64,000 bases of DNA from positions 1 to 64,000 of the IMG/VR virus record IMGVR_UViG_2811995317_000003. One strand, given 5' to 3'. The stretch's first letter is position 1. Every line of letters begins with the position of its first letter. Position numbers and translations under genes: made by a program. This document shows, in pieces, positions 57,911-64,000 of the stretch. This stretch comes from a virus (taxonomy: Duplodnaviria; Caudoviricetes). Under the pieces are notes generated by a model. It did no database searches. It saw only the letters and a list, made by a program, of their open reading frames with translations, and was not told the origin of the DNA.

Positions 57911-58229
57911 CATTTCTGCATAACGGAAATCGCTTTGAGTATGTGACGGCATCCCGGTGAGACCAGGTACATTTCCCTGGCGCGGCAAAGCGATCCCCGT
58001 TGTGGTGAATGTCCTGATGGCGTCGTAAAGCGATAGCCATGAATGCCGGATAGCAGCACCGGTCACCACACCCAAACCCACTACCTGGGACCCTTCGGCC
58101 AGAGAGCCGACATTGCCTTACCCTCACATTGCCAGCCTGTCGCTGGCTTTTTTATTTGCGATGTCCGGTCGTTGTTTCCTGGCATCCTTCCACTCTACAC
58201 AAACAGCACCCCGTTCTTTCGGAGGTGAT

Positions 58230-58547
58230 ATGGCTAAACGTATGCAAGATAAAGAAAGCATTGCCGGAGTGTCATGGTTGATTGTCCTTGCTCTGTCATG
58301 CTGGGGCGGCCTGGTCCGATACCTTATTGACGTTAAGCAGAACAAAGCCGCCTGGAGCTGGGTCAATGCGCTGGCGCAAATTGCAGTGTCCGGCTTTACC
58401 GGTCTTATTGGTGGCCTGATTAGCGTTGAAAGCGGGCTTAGCCTTTACATGATCCTGGTTACTTCTGGTATCAGCGGGGCGATGGGGTCCGTGGCACTGA
58501 CGTACTTCTGGGAACGGCTGACGGGGATGAAGAATGCAAACCAGTGA
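58230..58547 (+). CDS. holin (three TM segments, possible dual start M-A-K-R-M)
   Basis: WGGLVRYL, SGFTG..GG, GAMGS; precedes lysozyme. Confidence 0.85.
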   Translation: MAKRMQDKESIAGVSWLIVLALSCWGGLVRYLIDVKQNKAAWSWVNALAQIAVSGFTGLIGGLISVESGLSLYMILVTSGISGAMGSVALTYFWERLTGMKNANQ

Positions 58548-58977
58548 TAAATGCATTGCCATGATCAAGCAGTTCGAAGGCTGCAAACTCACAGCGTACC
58601 AGGACAGCGTCGGAGTGTGGACGATCGGATACGGATGGACTCAGCCTGTCGACGGTAAACCGATCCGCGCAGGGATGACGATTAAGCAGGAAACGGCAGA
58701 GCGTTTGCTGAAGACAGGGCTGGTCAGTTACGAAAGCGATGTGTCCCGCCTGGTTAAAGTCGGGCTGACTCAGGGGCAATTCGATGCTCTGGTGTCGTTC
58801 ACGTATAACCTCGGCGCCAGGTCATTGTCGACATCGACTCTCCTGCGAAAACTCAACGCCGGTGATTACGCTGGCGCTGCCGATGAGTTCCTGCGCTGGA
58901 ATAAAGCTGGTGGAAAAGTCCTGAATGGGCTGACCCGTCGGCGTGAGGCGGAGCGCGATTTATTTCTTGGGCAATGA
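58534..58977 (+). CDS. endolysin, GH24 lysozyme
   Basis: IKQFEG.KLTAYQDSVGVWTIGYG; near-identical 3' half to prophage 1 lysozyme. Confidence 0.95.
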   Translation: MQTSDKCIAMIKQFEGCKLTAYQDSVGVWTIGYGWTQPVDGKPIRAGMTIKQETAERLLKTGLVSYESDVSRLVKVGLTQGQFDALVSFTYNLGARSLSTSTLLRKLNAGDYAGAADEFLRWNKAGGKVLNGLTRRREAERDLFLGQ

Positions 58978-59462
58978 GGTGTCTTGTGAAAGAACTTTCT
59001 GATTACCTTGAAATAAATAATAGATCGCCAAGTGGTCTTGTATGGAAGAAATCGCCTGGCGCGAAGATTAATGCCGGAGACCCAGCATTTACGACAGTTA
59101 CACGTTCAGGTTATTACGCTGGTAAGTTCTGCGGTGCGCGATTGTCAGCCCACGTGGTGGTTTTCTTCTTACATAATGGGTTTCTACCAAAAGGTGAGGT
59201 TGACCATATTGATGGGGATAGGACCAACAATGATCCGAAAAACCTAAGAGATGTCAGCCGCTCTGTCAACGCGCAAAACAGGAAGAAAGCAAAGGGCTAC
59301 AGCTTTCATAAGCGTATCAATAAGTATATTGCCACCATAAATGAACCTGGAACTGGTAAGCGTTTGCATCTCGGTTACTTTGAAAATGAGATTGATGCAA
59401 GGAACGCCTACCTTACTGCCAAAAGGTCATTACACATTGGTTACGTAGGAGAGCATTCGTGA
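58974..59462 (+). CDS. freestanding HNH endonuclease between lysozyme and Rz
   Basis: [26 protein letters not shown]2-like HLGYF..E..A; absent in prophage 1. Confidence 0.9.
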   Translation: MRCLVKELSDYLEINNRSPSGLVWKKSPGAKINAGDPAFTTVTRSGYYAGKFCGARLSAHVVVFFLHNGFLPKGEVDHIDGDRTNNDPKNLRDVSRSVNAQNRKKAKGYSFHKRINKYIATINEPGTGKRLHLGYFENEIDARNAYLTAKRSLHIGYVGEHS

Positions 59463-59929
59463 TTAGCGCACTGGTTAAGCATTACTGGCTGCAGTTGCTG
59501 GTGGTGGCGTTAATCGGCGTGCTGGCGTTCTTCGTGAACCACTACCGCGACAACGCCATCACTTACAGAGACCAGCGCGATAAGGCCACTGAGAAACTCC
59601 TCCTGGCGACCGCCACCATTAAAGACATGCAGACCCGCCAGCGTGATGTCGCTGCACTGGATGCCAAATACACGAAGGAATTAGCAGATGCGAATGCTGA
59701 GAATAACAGGCTTCGTGCTGATGTTGTCGCTGGTAAGCGTCGGCTGCAAATCGCCGCCACCTGCTCCAAAGACGAAACCACCGGATCCTCCGGCCTGGTT
59801 GATGGCTCAAGCCCTCGACTTACAGCAGATGCTGAACTCAATTATTGGCGTCTCAGAGACGGGATCGCCGCCGTCACAAAGCAACTGACCGGCCTGCAGG
59901 AATACGTTCGGACTCAGTGCCTGAAATAA
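59459..59929 (+). CDS. Rz: i-spanin Rz
   Basis: 146 bp identical to prophage 1 Rz. Confidence 0.92.
   Translation: MISALVKHYWLQLLVVALIGVLAFFVNHYRDNAITYRDQRDKATEKLLLATATIKDMQTRQRDVAALDAKYTKELADANAENNRLRADVVAGKRRLQIAATCSKDETTGSSGLVDGSSPRLTADAELNYWRLRDGIAAVTKQLTGLQEYVRTQCLK
59688..59888 (+). CDS. Rz1: o-spanin Rz1
   Basis: nested; lipobox VSVGC, Pro-rich. Confidence 0.85.
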   Translation: MRMLRITGFVLMLSLVSVGCKSPPPAPKTKPPDPPAWLMAQALDLQQMLNSIIGVSETGSPPSQSN

Positions 59930-60024
59930 TACGGAGGTGAGCATGTATTCGTATGGCGAAAGACCGCCTACGCATTCCACACTGCAATGCCGGGGTCATG
60001 CATCCGTTACCACATGAATAACCA

Positions 60025-60328
60025 AGCCTCGCAATAGCGGGGCTTTTTACTAACCGAGGAAACAAAATGTCCGTTCGCGCTAAATTCCGCTGTCACTTCA
60101 TTCAGAAAGCAGAAGACGATTCACACCGCACAATCCACATGAGTCCTGTAACTGCAGATACCACCGAAAACAAGTCGTGGTCAAAGTACACACCTGGCGG
60201 CCAGCTGCAGATGGTCATCTCGAACCCTGCAGCGTTCGAACACTTCGAGCAAGGCAAAGAATACTTCATCGACATACAACCGGCGAAGTAATAAAGAAAT
60301 TTCCAGCCTCGCAATAGCGGGGCTTTTT
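60025..60328 (+). repeat. 24-bp direct repeat (terminator hairpin) flanking one gene
   Basis: AGCCTCGCAATAGCGGGGCTTTTT at 60025-60048 and 60305-60328. Confidence 0.9.
60067..60291 (+). CDS. conserved phage hypothetical protein
   Basis: GAGG RBS; MSVRAKF...ENKSWSKYTPGGQL...NPAA. Confidence 0.8.
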   Translation: MSVRAKFRCHFIQKAEDDSHRTIHMSPVTADTTENKSWSKYTPGGQLQMVISNPAAFEHFEQGKEYFIDIQPAK

Positions 60329-60459
60329 CATGCGCATCTCACGCGCACATCAACGAGAGCCTTTCAGTAAGCGAGCCTGAGAAATGCCGTATATGGTGGC
60401 GACCATCTCGGGGCGGCTTTTCTGTGCGAACAGGCTCATCTTTCTAAAGGAACATCGCC

Positions 60460-61146
60460 ATGCAATTAGTTGAAATCAAGAAGCTCGACCTGGTCACCAA
60501 CTAGGCAGTGATCGCCAGTGGTGTCATGAAGGATCACAAGCCAGTGATTCAACTCATCAGGAAGTACAAAAGCGACCTCGAAGAGTTCGGAAGGGTGGAA
60601 TTTGAAATGCGACCCTTTCAAACCGATGGAGGCATGCAGAAGCAGGAAATAGCACTGCTAAACGAACAGCAAACCACGCTGTTGATCACCTACATGCGAA
60701 ACAATGAAGTTGTGCGTGAATTCAAAAAGCGCCTGGTAGCTGAATTCTTCACTATGCGCAGCGCGCTGGCGAAAAAGAAGATGGACCGCAACTCCGCGCG
60801 CCTGGAATACAAACCCATGACCGACGCCATCAAGCATGAGCGTGAGGCGCAGGGTAAGCAAATCGCCCCGCATCACTTCAGCAACGAAGCTGACCTGATT
60901 AACCGGCTGGCGCTGGGCATGACGGCGGCCAAGTTCCGTGTGCATCACGAAATCGGGAAGAAAGAGCCGATCCGCGATTACCTGACGCCGGAACAAATTC
61001 ACTGCATCACCGAGCTACAGCGCGCCAACACGGTATTCATCAGCATGGGGTGGGACTTCGAACAACGCAAAGAAGTGCTGCGCGGCATGTTCGAGCGTAA
61101 TCACCGCCAGCCGCTTATCGAAGAACAGCACCGCCTGGCTGCATAA
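60460..61146 (+). pseudogene. Rha family gene with in-frame TAG at codon 15
   Basis: ATG 60460 with AAGGA RBS; TAG 60502-60504; same frame continues 213 codons. Confidence 0.7.
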
Positions 61147-61339
61147 CCACAAATATGTGGTTTTAGAGAGCCACTTTCACAACGGTTCTTCATTACAGAA
61201 GCTCTTCACCGAGGGGCTTCGATAATGATCTGTGTAACCCCGCAAGGATGGTGATCACATCTTGCTGACGGGTAAGCCGTAAGTGGCTAAGCACTTCCGA
61301 GAAGCAGGGCAACAGCTGCGACAAGGCAAAGAGGTAATC

Positions 61340-61558
61340 ATGTCCGACATCTACCAAATAACGCTAACAACCCAAACAGGCGAAACCTTCACGGGCAAGA
61401 TGTCACGACGTCAGCCTGAGCTGGTTAACGGCTTTGTGCCGCTGGCAACAGAGACGGGACAGTGGCTATATTTCGCTCCGGCCGATGTGAAACGCGTGCA
61501 GTTCACGCCAGTACCGGAAGAGCAGACCGAACAGCCAGTAGAACTAACAACGGAGTAA
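61340..61558 (+). CDS. conserved phage hypothetical protein
   Basis: GAGGT RBS; 72 aa. Confidence 0.7.
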   Translation: MSDIYQITLTTQTGETFTGKMSRRQPELVNGFVPLATETGQWLYFAPADVKRVQFTPVPEEQTEQPVELTTE

Positions 61559-61561
61559 CCC

Positions 61562-61964
61562 ATGGCTAACGATGACGAGCGCAGGCCATACCCGCCAGTG
61601 AACTTCATCGCCTCCGACAACTGGCAGCCTGTCGCCGTTCTTCAACACTACAACGAACAAGTTCAACGTCTTCAATCTTGATACGACTGTCACCTTTAAG
61701 GTGAACGTCATTGGCGCATGGAGTGGGTCATCCACAAACCGAAGCATGACCATCGACTTCCCACAGACGAACGGTAACTCGTTGACCAAAACGCGTGACG
61801 CTCAGGTGACGGTTGATGCTCTGTCATTTCCGACATTTTTCAGCGTCGACAAAGACGGCAATCTTGCGACTAACGGTAGCGACATCACTATCGTATCGAA
61901 CGGCGCAACTTTCACTGAAACAGACATCCTGTTAGTGGCTGAACAGATGACCCCATCCTCATAG
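61562..61964 (+). pseudogene. deletion scar: metallopeptidase-like 5' stub joined out of frame to 3' part of another gene
   Basis: MANDDERRPYPPVNF stub stops at 61681; other frame open 61602-61964 with no upstream start. Confidence 0.55.
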
Positions 61965-61971
61965 GTGACAT

Positions 61972-62220
61972 ATGACATTGACTAACGTCTCAGTAACCAA
62001 AGGTGGCTGGGTTCAGGTATACGCAGGAACAAACGCCGCTACCGTAGTGGCATCCGGATTCACTGGTGAGATTTGCCAGTCAGCCTCTCAACCATCAAAC
62101 ACATTAATCGGGCTGCCATTCGATGGTGCATCCCTGATTCGCTACATCTACAACTCAACTGCCGGCGACCCTGTATGGGTGAAGCCATACGATGACGGCA
62201 TTGTGATTGTTAACGCTTAA
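61972..62220 (+). CDS. hypothetical protein
   Basis: AGGT RBS; 82 aa. Confidence 0.65.
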   Translation: MTLTNVSVTKGGWVQVYAGTNAATVVASGFTGEICQSASQPSNTLIGLPFDGASLIRYIYNSTAGDPVWVKPYDDGIVIVNA

Positions 62221-62231
62221 AGAGAAATGAA

Positions 62232-62378
62232 ATGTCTAAACCACATATCAAAAAGGTGTACCAAGGATGGATGGCGTCAGTGGGAGATAAACCTTTTAAC
62301 TCCTTTAGAGCTATCGGTGTAACGCCAAAGGATGCTCTTGAAAAGCTTAATGCGTCTGTGTCTGGAGTGAAAAAATAA
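62232..62378 (+). CDS. 48-aa hypothetical protein
   Basis: abuts terminase small subunit start. Confidence 0.4.
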   Translation: MSKPHIKKVYQGWMASVGDKPFNSFRAIGVTPKDALEKLNASVSGVKK

Positions 62379-62927
62379 ATGGCAAAGCTCACCGACAAAC
62401 AAGAGCTGTTTGCCCGTGAGTTCATAGTTGACCTCAATGCCACTCAGGCAGCCATAAGGGCGGGCTACAGCGAGAAGTCATCCCGCAACCAGGGCGCTAG
62501 GATGATGGCAAATGATGACATTTTAGACCGCATTGCTGAGCTTAAGGCCGAGCGCAATGAGCAAGTAGGCGTAGATGCAACTTACGTATTGCGACGTCTC
62601 ACGGAAATCGACCAGATGGACGTGCTCGACATCCTGCTTGCCAATGGCGAGCTTAAGCCGATTAAAGACTGGCCGAAAGTATGGCGAACAACGCTATCAG
62701 GAATGGATGTTGTCGAAATGGCATCTGCAGACAGCGCCGCCCTACTGAAGAAAATCAAGTGGCCTGACAAGGTGAAAAACCTTGAGCTGCTAGGCAAGCA
62801 CGTAAATGTGCAGGCGTTTAAAGAAAACATCAAAACAGAAATCAGCGGTGCTGGCGGTGGTCCAATCGTTACTACCGATATGTCACCTGAAGAAGCTGCA
62901 GAGAAATACAAAGACCTCATGGGATAA
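62379..62927 (+). CDS. terminase small subunit
   Basis: LTDKQELFAREFIVDLNATQAAIRAGYS, KVKNLELLGKH. Confidence 0.92.
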   Translation: MAKLTDKQELFAREFIVDLNATQAAIRAGYSEKSSRNQGARMMANDDILDRIAELKAERNEQVGVDATYVLRRLTEIDQMDVLDILLANGELKPIKDWPKVWRTTLSGMDVVEMASADSAALLKKIKWPDKVKNLELLGKHVNVQAFKENIKTEISGAGGGPIVTTDMSPEEAAEKYKDLMG

Positions 62928-62930
62928 ATC

Positions 62931-64000
62931 ATGCCAATTCCTTTCCCTTTCGACTTCCGAAATCCGGATTATGTCCAGGTATTCGAATGGCGACAGGAAA
63001 GAATTCTGCGCATTCGAAACAACCCGGCCGCAATTCCATCGCTTGTTTCATTCTATAAGAACAACCCAGCCCAGTTCATTATCGACTGGGGAATGACCTA
63101 TGATCCGCGAAACCCTGAGCGAGGGCTTCCGTCATACATCCCATTTCTGCTTTTCCCAAGACAGGAAGAGTGGATGGAATGGTTCATGGATAGGTGGAAA
63201 GCACAAGAGCCAGGTATCACTGAGAAGACCCGCGATATGGGTATGAGCTGGCTGACGGTTGCTTTGGCTTGCACGGTATGCAACTTCAATAAGGGCATCA
63301 GCGTAGGCATCGGCAGCCGTAAAGAAGAGTACGTAGATAAAATAGGCGTACCAAAGTCTCTGCTCGAGAAAGCGCGTATGTTCATGTCGCTTCTTCCTAG
63401 TGAGTTTCGATTTGGATGGAATAGAGACAAAGACGCGCCGCATATGCGCATTAAGTTCCCTCACACCAATTCAATTATCTCCGGAGAGTGTGGAGATGGC
63501 ATTGGTCGAGGCGATCGCGCCAGTTTCTATATCGTCGATGAGGCCGCTTTCCTTGAGAGACCAACACTCGTAGACGCTTCACTTTCAGCAACGACAAACT
63601 GTCGGCAAGATATTTCCACACCAAATGGCAACGCCAACAGCTTCGCTATCCGCAGACATGGCGGAAAGATACCTGTATTTACCTTCCACTGGCGCGATGA
63701 CCCTCGTAAAGACCAGTCATGGTACGAGAAACAGGTTGAATTGCTGGATCCGGTAACTGTCGCTCAGGAAATAGACATCGATTACAACGCATCCGTGGAA
63801 GGCGTAATCATTCCTTCTGCTTGGGTGCAGGCTGCTATTGATGCTCACATTAAACTCGGCATTGAGCCATCAGGAGAGCGTAAAGGCGCGCTTGACGTTG
63901 CTGATGAAGGTATAGATAAAAACGCCTTCTCATCTGCGAAAGGCATTCTGATAGATGTCTGCGAGGAATGGAGCGGTAAAGGTTCAGACATTTACGAAAC
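62931..64000 (+). CDS. terminase large subunit, partial
   Basis: [31 protein letters not shown]; homologous to 20499-22121; runs off window. Confidence 0.92.
   Translation, partial: MPIPFPFDFRNPDYVQVFEWRQERILRIRNNPAAIPSLVSFYKNNPAQFIIDWGMTYDPRNPERGLPSYIPFLLFPRQEEWMEWFMDRWKAQEPGITEKTRDMGMSWLTVALACTVCNFNKGISVGIGSRKEEYVDKIGVPKSLLEKARMFMSLLPSEFRFGWNRDKDAPHMRIKFPHTNSIISGECGDGIGRGDRASFYIVDEAAFLERPTLVDASLSATTNCRQDISTPNGNANSFAIRRHGGKIPVFTFHWRDDPRKDQSWYEKQVELLDPVTVAQEIDIDYNASVEGVIIPSAWVQAAIDAHIKLGIEPSGERKGALDVADEGIDKNAFSSAKGILIDVCEEWSGKGSDIYE

Larger units (their letters stand above)
41720..64000. mobile_element. prophage 2: lambdoid, HK022-type immunity, P22-type int; truncated by window
   Basis: int through terminase in canonical order. 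Confidence 0.93.

Noticed and set aside
58011-58045. GTC-CTGATGG...GAA resembling a hammerhead ribozyme core
   Set aside because: Lacks CUGAnGA and GAAA exactly, and there is no stem I between GUC and CUGA.
1-64000. CRISPR arrays, IS elements, rRNA, retrons or DGRs
   Set aside because: No regularly spaced repeats, transposase, reverse transcriptase or rRNA signatures were seen.

Overview
The window starts in enterobacterial chromosome (probably Enterobacter, by inference): proA followed by tRNA-Thr(CGT), thrW. Two lambdoid prophages sit in tandem in the thrW attachment site. Prophage 1 (1396-41765, 40.3 kb) looks complete. It has int/xis, a dam methylase, an ExoX-Sak4-SSB recombination module, cI/cro/cII, O-like initiator plus DnaB helicase, nin/rusA/Q, a degenerate tRNA-Asn, lambda-type holin/lysozyme/Rz/Rz1, head genes, a contractile tail with baseplate, and an O-acetyltransferase-like conversion gene next to att. 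Prophage 2 (41720 to beyond 64000, truncated by the window) has P22-like int/xis, two orphan methylases, RecT/exo/Gam-like genes, an HK022-type immunity region with putL/putR-like RNA antiterminators, O/P replication, Q, lysis genes and terminase; it shows decay (two deletion scars, one amber stop). Main highlights: (i) a compensatory T-stem base-pair swap in the tRNA half supplied by prophage 1; (ii) two integrases sharing one core site but with different arm-type repeats; (iii) freestanding HNH genes whose empty target junctions lie in the neighbouring prophage, reciprocally; (iv) an identical 146-bp lysis tract that could loop out a 41.3-kb hybrid phage; (v) several structured RNA leaders, some with covariation between the two prophages; (vi) a lysogen-type gene for an AriR/YmgB-like protein. 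No database searches were run. Family names come from recognised motifs and recalled sequences.
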